A DNA stretch of 64,000 bases from Hemiscyllium ocellatum (Eukaryota), in NCBI RefSeq assembly GCF_020745735.1, contig NW_026867509.1:434001-498000 (forward strand), read 5' to 3'. Shown in pieces: positions 23,171-36,054 of this stretch; within the stretch, counting starts at the first letter, position 1, and every line of letters begins with the position of its first letter. The position numbers and the translations under genes are program-made. The notes beneath the pieces are model-generated. The model was not told the origin of the DNA, did no database searches, and saw only the letters and a list, made by a program, of their open reading frames with translations.

Positions 23171-23976
23171 TATTACATGTTCAAAATTGAAATTCAGTTT
23201 ATTTGTAGCTTGTACAAATATCAGAATATTGGGAACATAATCAAATGGAGCACGGAATTAAGGCCACATTTTGCCAATGAATGCAATCTGTCCATGTCCA
23301 GTATAGCTGGTTACCATCAGACAGGGCAATTTTTTTTTTGGAGGCGTTTGTTTTTGATAGTGCTCTTCTTACTAGGCCAGAAGAACTGTGTTCAAAATTC
23401 ACCATAGTAAACACAAATGGCCAGAGATTTGGTTCATGCCAAGTTCAAATTGTTTGAAGAAGAAGCAGAAACGGTGTTGTCCAAAACGTTCCTCGTAAGA
23501 AATTTAGTTTACGAGTCTATCGTGATTACATACTGACATGTGAAAACCATCCATCGACCTTGATAAGTTCTGTTTTCGTACAGAACTGAATGGTACAGAT
23601 TCCATGTTGCTGAGTTTGTGAGTTAACTGCTTTGGAACTTCTATCCCTCATTTGCAGTTCTAAGTACACAGTTTTTGATGTATTGCATTACCTATGCATC
23701 CATGTCAGAATTCCTGTTATGGTCTGATCCATGTTTCATGAAAATGAATTCGTGAATTCGCAATAATGTCTAATACGCTCTAAAGTTCTTTTGGAAAGGA
23801 GGAAGAAGTAATAGGGTTATGGTAGTCCGTCAAATGAAGGGTATGTAGCTTCATTTGATCTTAGAGTAGGATAAAATGTCGGTGCAACATTGGGGGCCAA
23901 ATGCCTGTACTGTGCTGTAACGTTCTACATTTGTAGTTTTCCATCTCTGTGAAGATGGAAAACTACAACAGCAGAT

Positions 23977-24670
23977 GAACATAGAACATAGAACATAGAA
24001 GGATACAGCGCAGTACAGGCCCTTCGGCCCTCGATGTTGCGCCGACCGAGTCCTACCTAACCTATACTAGCCCAATAACTTCCAAATGCCTATCCAATGC
24101 CCGCTTAAATGAACATAAAGAAGGAGAGTTCACCACTGATACGGGCAGGGCATTCCATGAACTCACAACCCGCTGTGTGAAGAATCTACCCCTAACATCT
24201 GTCCTATACCTACCACCCCTTAATTTAAAGCTATGTCCCCTAGTAACACCTGACTCCATTAGCGGTAAAAGGTTCTTAGTATCTACCCTATCTAAACCCC
24301 TAATCATCTTATACACTTCTATCAGATCTCCCCTAAACCTTCTCTTCTCCAATGAGAACAGCCCCAAGTGCCTCAGCCTTTCCTCATAAGATTTTCCTAC
24401 CATTCCAGGCAACATCCTGGTAAACCTCCTCTGCACTCGTTCTAAAGCTTCCACATCCTTCCTATAGTATGGCGACCAAAACTGCACACAATACTCCAGA
24501 TGAGGCCTCACCAGAGTCTTATACAACTGCAACATGACCTCAGGACTCCGGAACTCAATTCCTCTGCCAATAAAGCCCAGTACACCATATGCCTTCCTCA
24601 CAGCACTATTTACCTGGGTGGCAACTTTCAGAGATCTGTGTACATAGACACCAAGATCCCTCTGCTCATC
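23977..24670 (-). mobile_element. Young 5'-truncated CR1 LINE (open RT C-terminus) with (GAACATA)n tail
   Basis: ORF 24062-24718: QRDLGVYVH...RPHLEYCVQFWSPYYRKD...RRFRGDLIEVYK...FFTQRVV. Tail at 23977-24000. Confidence 0.93.
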
Positions 24671-24918
24671 CAAGGCACAAGTGAAATAAAGCTGAAAATA
24701 CTGGCGAATGATTTCCAAGCTTTTAGCTTTTATCTGATTCTGTGCCTCATGACGCAGTAATACACGACCATTCCTATCATATTGCGACTTATATTGAAGT
24801 GGTTGAACTTATTTTAAGTGTCCGCAGTTACCATATATATGGTGCTGAAACTTCCTCATCATCTAATGTTACCACATTGTAAAAAAAATGCTCGCTGGTG
24901 ATCAGTTTTCTCCAGATT

Positions 24919-25138
24919 CCACGACATGTACCTTGCGTCCCCGATTCTGAACCATAATCCAATTGTACAGATGCACTTCAGTCACCACTGTGGTCTCCAA
25001 AGACTGTGTGACTCGACCTACATATAGGCCACGACATGTAGCTTGCGTCCCCGATTCTGAACCATAATCCAATTGCACAGATGCACTTCAGTCACCACTA
25101 TGGTCTCCGAAGACTGTGTGACTCGACCTACATATAGG
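24919..25138. repeat. Direct tandem duplication, 2 x 110 bp
   Basis: CCACGACATGTA...CTACATATAGG at 24919-25028 and 25029-25138, with few mismatches. Confidence 0.9.
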
Positions 25139-26009
25139 CCACCTGTGGGCACAGACGTATAAGTAACGAATTGCGTACAAATACCCATCCAAACGAATTT
25201 GTACGTGAGCAATTATGTGGATTTTCTAATTTTCCTAACCGTCATTAAGATGCCTATTTCACATCAGGAATAATATCAAACACAATATCAAGCGTTTGAA
25301 ATTTAATCTAAGATGTGCCTTTATGAACAGAAGCAAGCATAGAGTGGAAATAAATAAAAAAAGGCTATTATGATCATCAATATTTTGGACCGCATCTTAG
25401 TGAATATGTTTTAAATGGCTAAGAATGAGTTGCAAAGAAGAGAGAGAACCCAGATGCTGTTGAATAAATTCTTCATGGTGTTCACCTTATCCAGGTAGTA
25501 GAGGGGCTCAGCCGGCAGTGACAGAACATCTTTCTGGGAGTCATGTCCATTGCGACCTCACTCACTGCAAGATGCCTGGCGCGTTGTGACCTCAAATTGT
25601 GCACAGGGACAGGTCCGTTATGATCTAACTGACTACGTGGGATCAGGTCCACTGTGGCATCAGTGACTGCAGGGAGACTGCCTCATTATGATCTCACCCG
25701 TTTACGGATATGAGGCTCATTATGATCTCATTCAGCTCAGGGTGCTTCTTGGTTTTATCGCTGCCATCACATGAGATTCCCTTTCTGGGTGTATTCAGCT
25801 GAATAAAGATGGAATGCCCCAATGAATGAGTGCAGGATTTATTGATTGTCACAAGGAAAATTATCACAAGCAGACTTTCCCAGAAATTTCGTTCGGAGCT
25901 GCGTAGACTAATTTTTTGTCATTCTTAATTATTATGTCTGATTGTCAATACGTACATTTTAGCCGGTGATCAGGAATTAGTGGTCAGTTCCCGTCCTGGG
26001 CAATACGGA

Positions 26010-26335
26010 ATGCCAAGGTGCGGTGGGATTATCGCAGTGCTGTTAATTCAGAGACCAAGGCAATGTTCTGGGGATTCCGATCTGAAATCCACCGTGGTGG
26101 AATTTGAATCTAATAAATATCTGAAATTAGGACTCTAGTGATGACTATGAATACATTACTAATTTTAAAAAATCCATCTGAGTCCTGAACGTCCTTTCGA
26201 GAAGTAAACTACTATTCTTATACAGATCTAGATGTGAATTCACAGCCAGTTAGCTAATTCTCAATTCCCCTGTGGGCAACTGGAAATGGGCAATAAACGC
26301 TGCTTATCCAGCGATGCGCACATACCATGAATAAA
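26010..26335 (+). mobile_element. DeuSINE/SacSINE-like SINE
   Basis: Degenerate head followed by GTGGAATTTGAATC...GGGCAACTGGAAATGGGCAATAAACGCTG body and 3' AATAAA. Confidence 0.55.
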
Positions 26336-26943
26336 ATCTAACAACAAATTTGGGTGTGTCTTTGGAGTTTCGGGCAAATGTGTTTATGGCAAGAAGCGCA
26401 AGTTCTATTTCTGATGTGAGTACTAACACTGAGCAGGATGATTAGGAAATGCTAACAGTTCTAAACTTGTAGTGGTAGAGTCTGGATCACTAAACCAGGA
26501 AATCCCGCCCAGTTGAAAGATGATAAATCACACATCTCAGCATGTTGTTTAGAAAACCAGCATTTCACCTGATTTTAAGGACTTTAATCTGAGCATAGAA
26601 AGGAAAATGAGGTTATCCTTTTTACCAAAGAGCATTGGAGAAATTTCCTGTCTTTTCAAACCAGTGGTTTTTTCATCGACCGATTGCACTTGCTTGTTTC
26701 CAATCAAAGTAATATCACTTTAGAAAATATTATTACAATGGAAAATAAGTTATATTTCGGGCAGCGTGGCTTTTTTTTAACGATCTGAAACGGCGTATCG
26801 AAATGAGAGGGTGAAAAATTCTACGCTAAGTCGCCAAAGGAAACATCATTAGTTGAAAAATAAATAGAGATGGAGAATGAGGAGGTGAAAAATGATGTGA
26901 ATAGCATTTCAGCTTCAACTGCTCGCGTAGCAGCGAATATACA

Positions 26944-26957
26944 CCAGCAGAGGGTGG
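26944..26957 (+). promoter_or_regulatory. CTCF-motif match CCAGCAGAGGGTGG
   Basis: 13/14 match to CCASYAGRKGGCRS. Motif only. Confidence 0.45.
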
Positions 26958-28878
26958 CACTGTACTGCACACAAATTTAAGATGATAGAATCTGGAAAAG
27001 AACTGTGACCTGATCAAGTAATTGTTATTCCTCCAAACATTGTATCTCTCACTGCTCCTGCCAACATCTTCTAAAACATACTTAATAACTATCAACCCAT
27101 GCTCCTGAAGTCATTTCCTATCTGTTGAATTTATACCTAACCAGATACTCATAGAGACAGACAAACACACACACACACACACATCTACAAGCTCATATTT
27201 AGGCATAGAGATGTTCACAGTGAGACATAGAGTCGGACAGGCAAAGAATTTCACTGCACATGTAAATGTCCTTTGGACCTTCAAAACTGCATTGGTCAAC
27301 AACAAGTGATTAACTGTTCCAATCTCAACATCCAATATTGATCAATTCCCTTGGATTTCACGGCATCTCAAGTAAGAGTCAAAAGACTTATCAAATGTAA
27401 CAGCGTTTTTGCCTCAACCATCCTCAAAACTTGGCTTTCAGATTTGCGAGACACGCTGGCTGAATAAAAAAGTCTTTACATTTTTGCTGAACCTATTGCA
27501 TTTTATCTGAAATTTATATAGCAGTCATTGAGAAATTGAACAATGGGAAACATTTATTCTTGTCCATTCTACCTACAACTGCTCCTGTCCTTTCGTAATT
27601 TTAAACATGGCAATCATGACCGCTGAGGTTTCTCTGCTCCAAAGGTTGCAGACCGTTATTTTGATTCCTCTGGCTGGCTTCCTTCTGGCCCATTGTAGTG
27701 CTTTCACCTCTAATGTGAAACTATCCGCGATTTTGGCAGAGCCTATAATTTCCTCTGATAGTGCTGCTTTTTAAGTCCGGAATTCACATTCGTTTCAAAA
27801 GTGTTTTCCAAGAAGAATATATGTGGGATTCCTGAACAGCAAATAAAGCCAGTCAATGTCGGTGAAAGAGCAAATTCCTCAATCCCCATAGCACCTGGAA
27901 ATGCATTGATCAATCTCGCATCTTGTGTTAATAACAAAGATCCTGTGAAAGTTTAAAACCCCGGACTGGTCTCATTTTTATGGTAAGTAGTATGCAGGCA
28001 GGTCAAATGCAGAACGAAAAGAGGATTCAGAATAATGGAGAACATTAGGGGTGGAGGAAAGTAATGTGGAGCTGGGTTTGGAGTTGAGTCCAGAGATCAT
28101 GAAGCATTTGTGAGACAGGGATTTACTGACTTGAACAAACGAGACATGATCACATAGATGAATCACATGGATTTTAGACAAGACAGTATTATTATCCTCA
28201 CATCATGTTAAGCATAACGAAAACATTGTAAAATTGTTGAGTGCTAGAAAAAAAAATGATTTATAGAATCCATCATGCCAAATTGTGGACACGTGTTTGA
28301 AGTTCAGTGACATGTGCACAACTAGCGGGAGAATTGACAAAGAAGAGAAGCACACGTTCGTTTGCACTTCTAACCTTAGTGTAGTCTAGCATTTCCAATG
28401 TAAGTGCGTTTTGATTCAATGCTATCATTCAGAATACTATTGCAAAGACAGATACAAAGTAATCAAACTTGCACAGTTTTAGAAAGTGGCATTAGCTGTG
28501 ATGGTGAAACTAATTACGTGAAGGTTTTAAGGAGCAGCCACAGACAAAATGGAAGTATTAGCTTCCATTTGTACAGCGCAATTATGCATTCCGTGATCAT
28601 TTATTCCCTCCATCTCTATTTGATCGACAGTGATGCTGTGCTCAGTGACAAGACCGTCACACATTACACAACATTCAATATTTCCGGATGCACACCTGCT
28701 TTCACACGGAGCAATGTGCTCACTCAGATCCGAGTCTACTCCAATTCCGCCATCACCTTCCCTGTGATACCACAGAGATTGATGCAGCAGTAACTGTCAG
28801 TTGTTGAGAGAAACGATTTTCGCTCGGATCTCAGACAAACGATGCTTCAGACTGCAGAATTTCAAACCCAGAGTGCAC

Positions 28879-29392
28879 CACGAGGCATCTTCTGGCACCA
28901 ATGCACGTTATTCTCTCAATTCTCAGTAAGTTTTTCTTCCTTGTAATGTGTCATTTCCCCCTGCTGTTTCCAGCTCAGATGGCATTATTATGAAAATAAT
29001 GACGGTAATGAACATGATTTTGAATATTATTTTTCCTTTTTCCGAGAATGGAGTCATCAAGACATGATGGAAGAGCCAAACTCTGAAATGGCGGAGAATT
29101 AGGAGGCAATGTCACACTAAGCTGCAGCTTAAAGGCAAGCAATTCCAGCCCCAAGGTTTACTGGTACAATCAGCTCCCAGGGCACCCTCCACAGTACATG
29201 GTTTAGGTAGTTGGAGGAAAGTTTGTAAAGAGGAATCCTGATTTTCCTGAAAGATTCTCTTTCACATTTACTACATCCACGGTGAACAACGAGTTATTAA
29301 TAAATAAGGTCATCATCCCCGACTTCGCCATGTATTTCTGTACTATGAATCCTACACTAATTCAGAGTTATGACACAGCCCCTACAAAACAA
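28879..29392 (+). pseudogene. TRAV/TRDV: TCR V pseudogene, paralog of the 20051 V
   Basis: The leader start ATG is changed to ACG. A 1-nt deletion lies at ~29095 (GAGAATTAGGAGG). An in-frame TAG occurs in ATGGTTTAG. The RSS is decayed (TACACTA...ACAAAACAA). The rest is colinear with 20051-20571. Confidence 0.92.
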
Positions 29393-32129
29393 TAGCACTG
29401 AGCATGACAGTTAGAGTTCAGCAAAGGTTCTTTCGTACCGAGAAAAAGAAAGAACCATACCAGCTTCAGAGGAAGATTTTCAGCAGAGTGAATTAAAGTG
29501 AGAACAAAAGAGTGCATGATAAATTAACGTTAGTAACTTTTCCGAGGAATATTCATGTATTAGTTTCGGATACAAACACACTAAGAATTAACTGCACAAC
29601 GTATCAGTGGAGGTCTGTTTCCAATTTTGTTTCCCAACAAACTATTCCAAAATATTGCTTTCTCATCCTTCCAGACAGTGACCTTTGTCCATAGATAGAG
29701 AAATTAATTTTACCGGGGAACTGTTCATAACGTAAGACTCACTCTATGATATTATATTTAAGAAATAGAGCCATCCCACTAACAGAAACGACAGACTGAG
29801 TAGCAAATATAAATGCAATGGCTCAATGCTCTGTTCACAGATTTGTGAGAAGTCACTTGAACAAGGGATAGAAACTGCCAGTTCACAAATTCATGTTGTA
29901 AGATCCACTCTCAGGTGATACGTTTAATATTGTTCATTCAACAGTTATGTGAAATGTTGAATGAATGGAAGATTCACATTTGAAATCCACCATACACTGT
30001 TTTGGACATCTTCCCATAATCATCAAGCAGAACCAAAGTTGTGAAAAAGCAATTCGAAAGAAGGTCCTTAGACTGCAACATGCTGTGTATAGCCAACTTG
30101 AATTTTATTGCATTCCACATCCGACAAGTGGAAATGTTTTGCACTGTCAGTTCACAGATTTCACGACTAAGCATACATTTTGGAAAAAAAAGTTTAATCA
30201 TTGTGACATTATGTACTGCTGCAACAGGACGGTGCATCATGTGGTGAGTTCAAATTATATCAAAGAACATCCAGTGATATCTAACGGAAGTGGATCCTCA
30301 CAGACGCATGCTGCAGTAAAGGGCGACATCTGCATATTATCACTAGGTTAATGAGTCCTGTGCCTGTTAAAGTCATGAATTTAAATCAGTGTGCTAGGCT
30401 CGGGCTGGAAAGCATTTTCTTTAATGTTCTCCGCATGCATGTTCCTTTGACCAAAACGATACTGTTATATATTGAAAACAATAATGTTGAATTTGGGGCA
30501 GAAGACATCCATCGAGTTCCCTTCACTTTACATGCAACAACAAGCAACATTATACCCTCAACAATTTCAATCTTACCGAACCGACCCACACCCCCCCCTC
30601 CCAATCATCCAAAGTACTATCCAAACAGCCCTGGCTTCAGCAGCAGGCTCTCCTCAACAGGTACCATATGGTCAGTCTGGCTGCACTTATCCAAACAGCT
30701 ACTAATGGGCCACATAGCGGCTGGGCCCAGTAACCAGGCCTGGGCCAGGATTCAGGGTTCGTAGTGAATACAGGTCCGATTAGTCCTAGTGCCACGTGAC
30801 CTGCGGTTGCAACCGAATGTTCTCAAACGTTCTCAGCCAACAACAAGTTCAAGGCCTGCCTATTCTGCCACGCTATCCGACGAGTTGCATTCATCTTCTC
30901 ATCTAATATCGCGAGCGCGTTATCAGAGTAATTAATAAATTTCTGCTGAATGTAATAGGTAAAATCAATCATTTCAGCCTTCCCGTTAATAACAATGGCA
31001 GGGATAAGCGACTCCTAGATCACGGGAATCTCATTTCTGAGCTTGAACACATTCGGTTTACGCTTTGGCTGACCAATGCTATCCACATGCACTGATAAGA
31101 CCAGGGACATACTCCCGTTTCGAGCTGCAAAATTTCGGTGAGGACAGAGCATCAAACTGAGCCCATGGCGATACAACAATCTCATGGAGGAGCATGACAC
31201 TGGTGGAGGCATAATCAGAACCAAAGGCAAGCGTCCGACGCAGCCTCCTTTCCAGGCCACACATCCACCACGCTGTGGCTAAGGGAACAGACTGACAACT
31301 CATAACGAACTCATCATATATCACACCGACATTAAAAGATGCCGCAGGTCACAACATCAGTCGTACGAACACAAAGTGGCCCAGCAAAACAAAGCCACAC
31401 CATCTGAAACACTCAAATTTCAACCATACCACACCTCAAACTCAGCTATGAATAATGACTGGTGACTCGTTCGAAGGAGTAACATACCAACAACACTCTC
31501 AAATGTGCTGCCACACAGCCTGATCTGTTCATAAATCATGGAGGACTGGAGGACAGGGCGCCATAAAGGACAAAAAGGCCACACATATATGCTAAGTGAT
31601 TCGGATCAAGCAGCCTAGAAAACCGACGCTGGCAGCGCCATTGAGAACAGGTGGAAAAATTGTAAGGTACAAGAACGAGAAAGTACAGTGGCTGCAACTT
31701 AGTACACAGGAAACAGCCCTGTCTAGCCAACACATATATCCAAACCCCTACCTGGTCCTCAAAGTCAGCAGCTCTAACTGATCCATCCTGTGGAGAAAAG
31801 CAGACTCATGATCTGGACTGATCACTGACAGTATGCCAAACTCCGTAATTACTTAAGTTGTTAAGAATTGTACCACTGTGCAATGCAGCTCAGACTGGGG
31901 TGGCTTTACTTTAGACAGTAACGGTAAAAGATCTCTCCTCCATTTTCCCCAAGCGTCCCAGATATAACCCTCTATGTGTACTATCCAATATACGAAATAC
32001 TGGAATTCCTGGCTTCCTACAATGCCAACCAAGAATTCATTCTTTCTACACTGAAGTACTTTTGAGTACATTCCAAATTCAATTCTAAACTCAGGAAAAG
32101 AATCCATACCTAACACTTTAATTGGCGTC

Positions 32130-33150
32130 CACTTAGAGACTAAAAAAAGCAAGTCGACTCTTTTACTGTCCATTTGTAAACTTGCTGGAACTAATTTGAA
32201 TGCGAACATAAAAAATACAGTTAGTAAGTTTGCAAATGATACCAAAATTGGAGGTATAGTGGAGAGCGAAGAGGGTTAGGTCAGATTAAAGCAGGGATCT
32301 TGGTCAAATGGGCCAATGGGCAAAGAAGTAGCAGATGGAATTTAATTCAGATATTTTGCGAGATGCTGCATTTCGGAAAAACAAATCAGAGCAAGTCCTA
32401 TACACTTAATAGTAAGGTCCTCGGGAGTGTTGCTGAACAAAGTGGCCTTAGAGTGCAGGTTCATAGCTCCTTGAAAGTGGAGTCACAGGTAGATAGGGTA
32501 GTGAAGAAGGCCTTTGGTATGCTTTCGTTTGTTAGTCAGAGTATTGAGTACAGGAGTTGGGAGGTCATGTTGTGGCTGTACAAGATATTGGTTAGGCCAC
32601 TACTGAACATTGCATGCAATTCTGCTCTCCATCCTATCGGAACTATGTTGTGAAATTGAAAAGGTTCAGAAAAACAAATTGCAAACATGTTGCCAGGGTT
32701 GGAGGATTTGAGCTATATAGAGACTGAACAGGCCGATGCTGTTTTCGCTGGACCATTGGAGGCTGAGGGGTGACCTTATAGAGGTTTACAAAATTATGAG
32801 GGGCATGGATAGGATAAATAGACAAAGTCGTTTCCATGGGGTTGGGGAATCCACAATTAGAGGACATAGGTTTAGGGTGAGAGGGGAAAGATCTAAAAGA
32901 GACCTAAGGGCTACTTTGTCACACAGTGGGTGGTCCATGTACGGAATGAGTTGCCAGGGGATGTGGCGGAGGCTGGTAAAATTGCAACATTTAAGAGGTA
33001 TTTGGAAGGGTATATGAATAGGAGGTGGTTGGAGGGATATGGGCTGGGTGCGAGCTGGTGGGATTAGATTGGGTTGAGATATCTGGTCGGTATGGACGGG
33101 TTTGACCGAAGGGTCTGTTTCCACACTGTGCATCTCTATGAATCTATAAC
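32130..33150 (+). mobile_element. CR1-type LINE 3' fragment
   Basis: SKFANDTKIG, ORF 32300-32653 (VQVHSSLKVESQVDRVVKKAFG) and ORF 32736-33017 (RRLRGDLIEVYKIMRG-type). CTATGA tail at ~33140. Confidence 0.9.
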
Positions 33151-34599
33151 TGTGGTTTTCCCAAGAATTCCACAATCTCAATGTATTTTTCTGGCATGAG
33201 AATGTGGGAGGCTTATTGCAGTTAGATGCAAGCTTAACCAGCTCCAGTATCTGCCATCATAGGCATCAACTGTCCTTCTACACTGACCTGAACAATTGGA
33301 TTCTGTTCAACTTCCTGTGTTATCACAGGATATTGCCCTTTCCTACTCTGGTTCTTTGGGCACCCTTAAAAATTTTATACTGATTTACAAGTCACGTCGG
33401 GCCTGTCGGGATTTGTGGAGGGACAGACAGACGTTCCTGATTCATAGATCCACCCTGGGGCCGAGAGAACCAGGGCCAATATGGGCAAGCTCTTTTATTA
33501 ACAGTTTTGTTGCTAACTCCCCCAACACACTAGTTCTGATCCTCTCTGAGTCGAACTTCCCCGCATACTCTTTGGCCCCACACCTGTTTGTCCCTGTTCT
33601 TGGAGACCTTAGTTCTATTTGGGCTATTGATTAATTTCATTTTGCCCTTATTATGGTACCTGTGGAAAGGTCTCTGCAAAACTGTTTATTTTTGGCATAG
33701 TGTTTTCTCCACTTGCCAGGAGTTGTTAGTAGGTTCAGTCTGGACCTGTACGTTGCTCATTTCATTAGCGCTGATCAACCTAGTTGTCACTGGCAGCATC
33801 ATCTTGCTTTTATCTCTTTTCATTTTAAGTTTCTCGAGCTGTATTAGTGCCAACTTTCTTTGCACCACTTCGTGTTATTAAGCCAGCTTCTTAAGCCTTT
33901 CTGGTATCGTTTGACTGCATAGACTACGTGATCTCAGTATTCTTTGCGGGCAATGGACGTTAAATCCACTACCTCCTCCAGCTAAAATTTGACTTGAGGG
34001 GTCATTGCCTCAACAATAACAATCCAGAACATTGTGATTAACATTGGCTAACTCCCACATTTTGTTCTGTTTCAAGCCACCATCTTTTTAACTAGTTTTC
34101 TATATCGGCTGCTGCGTTTTATTTTAATATCTCCCAGTGAATCCTCTCTGAAAGCTTTGTGATTGTCCTGAGTTGGATACAGTCTAAGGGTCTGCCGTAC
34201 TCTATGTCTTACTTGGTCAAACCCATCAGAATCAATTATCAGACTGTCCACCACACTCGTGAGGCGGGATAGGTCCATTATCACCCTTAAGTTTGGAATT
34301 CCCACTACATTTCTTAGCAGTGCCTTCACATTATTCACAGCCAACAACCGTGGTTTTGGTATTCAAAGGCAATAATCCACTTTCCTGCTCCGTCATGTAA
34401 ACTGAGGAACACATATTTAAATCTTTCCAGATCCTAGGTTCCCAAGGAATGAATTACGGCTGTCTCCACACCCCCCCCCCCCCCCCCCCGCGGGCACACA
34501 CTTTCTTTATATGCAACGGCAGTATCTCCCCCGTGGGAGCTTCTTTCCCTTATTACAACTGTTGCAGTGTGACTCTTCTGATTCCAATTCTGACCCTAT

Positions 34600-34790
34600 T
34601 CGTATTACTGGATTAATGATGCTGGAAGAGCACAGAAGTTCAGGCAGCATCCAAGGTGCAGTGAAAACGAGGCTTCAGGCAAAAGCCCTTCCTGATTAAG
34701 GGCGTTTGCCTGATACGTCGATTTCGCTGCACTTGGATGCTGCCATAACTGCTGTGCTCTTCCAGCACCAGTAATCCAGAGTCTGTTTTC
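34600..34790. mobile_element. Older fold-back Penelope terminal-repeat fragment
   Basis: CTGGATTA.TG.TGCTGGAAGAGCACAG...GGCAGCATCCAAG is mirrored by CTTGGATGCTGCC...CTGTGCTCTTCCAGCACCAGTAATCCAG. Degenerate core CTGATTAAGGGCGTTTGCCTGATACGTC. Confidence 0.7.
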
Positions 34791-36036
34791 CAGCAGCTGC
34801 AGTCATTGTTTTTACCTCTACTCGCATTACCTCCCATTCTTTTCGTGCTTGTTGTGCTCGGGCCTATCTTCTTGCCTGTGTTACTGCCTCCTCTGTTCCC
34901 CTCCTCCTATCACTCTTTGCCTGTCTCTTCTCAACACTCCTGGAATGATTTAGAAATGCCTCATCGTCTCTTGGCTCCCGTAACATGAGTAACGTTCGAA
35001 TTTCCAATCACAATCGCAATTGCACATCACAATGTCTCTTTCTCCAATTTTAAAGCTTTTAATTATGTTTGCCTCCTCGCCTGTTCTGCCACTTGTTGTA
35101 TTCAGAAATTTATTGTCATAATGGAACTGGGAATGAATATGATAGTTGCTGTGTGGAATGGATCAGGTTCTTCCCAATCCACTTCCCCTCTCTCGCTACT
35201 GTCCCCTTTATTACAGGATAGTGTGTTACTTTCTCTTCACTCGATTTGGGAGAAGATTATTCTAATTCTTAAATTCGGATTTCAACAGTGTTTTCCCTCA
35301 CTGAGCCTTCATATCCAAAGGCTCTCTGTTCTGCTCTGAAAATGTGGAGACTTTTCCTTCCAAAGTCTTTGTTTCCAAAAGCTGTTCGTTCTGCTCTCTG
35401 CCATTGTTCATATGTAAATTTCTGTCTCTCTAAGTATCATCCAGTCCTTTTTTTAAAAAAAAAGAACATCACAGTCGAGTAGCACTTTCGGAAACTTACT
35501 TTTTCTCTACTATTTTACTTTTAATAGTCTACTACTCTTTTGCCGGCTTTCAATACGATTCAAAGTCACAATACTATCAATAAAATAATCCTTACCAGTT
35601 CTGCCAGTACAGTTCCTTGATTTTCCTTTTCATTTTGATTAGTTTTTATTTATTTTTCTTTACTGTTTCAGGACGGTATCCATGGAACTTATACACACCA
35701 CGCGGAATTTTGTCTCAATCCCTTTATTCTATACCTCCTCACCCACCCCACGCACTTTTCCTGAATAATTCTCTGCGTCTCCTCAAACTGTAACTTACCA
35801 TCCAACTTATGATTTTTTGTATTGGAGGGGCGCACCAAGGAGCTTTCTTTGCGCTTCTGTGTTTCTATGAACGTCCCTTACTTGACATAATATAGTAAAA
35901 ATTAGCAGCAAAACGCTTACCCTTTCTTTTGTTTTTGCCCAATCATTTTATTCTATCTGCCTCAGAATAGTCTTCGGTTCAACTGGAAAGTGCCCTGCAG
36001 CTGCAGCCTCTTTATAGAGGGAAAGATTTTTTCCTG

Positions 36037-36054
36037 GTTCCATCTGGGGTGCCA
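36037..36054 (-). promoter_or_regulatory. Retroviral primer-binding site complementary to tRNA-Arg(CCT)
   Basis: The + strand GTTCCATCTGGGGTGCCA matches the vertebrate tRNA-Arg-CCT 3' end GTCCCATCTGGGGTGCCA at 17/18 (tRNA sequence recalled from memory). It is preceded on the - strand by ...CAACAACA, like an LTR end. Confidence 0.7.

Larger units (their letters stand above)
33300..36054 (-). mobile_element. Endogenous retrovirus remnant (gag region) downstream of a PBS
   Basis: PBS at 36054-36037. Degenerate gag-like pieces include ORF 34072-34347 and KLALIQLEKLKMKRDKSKMM (33686-33868). No pol was recognised. Confidence 0.55.
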
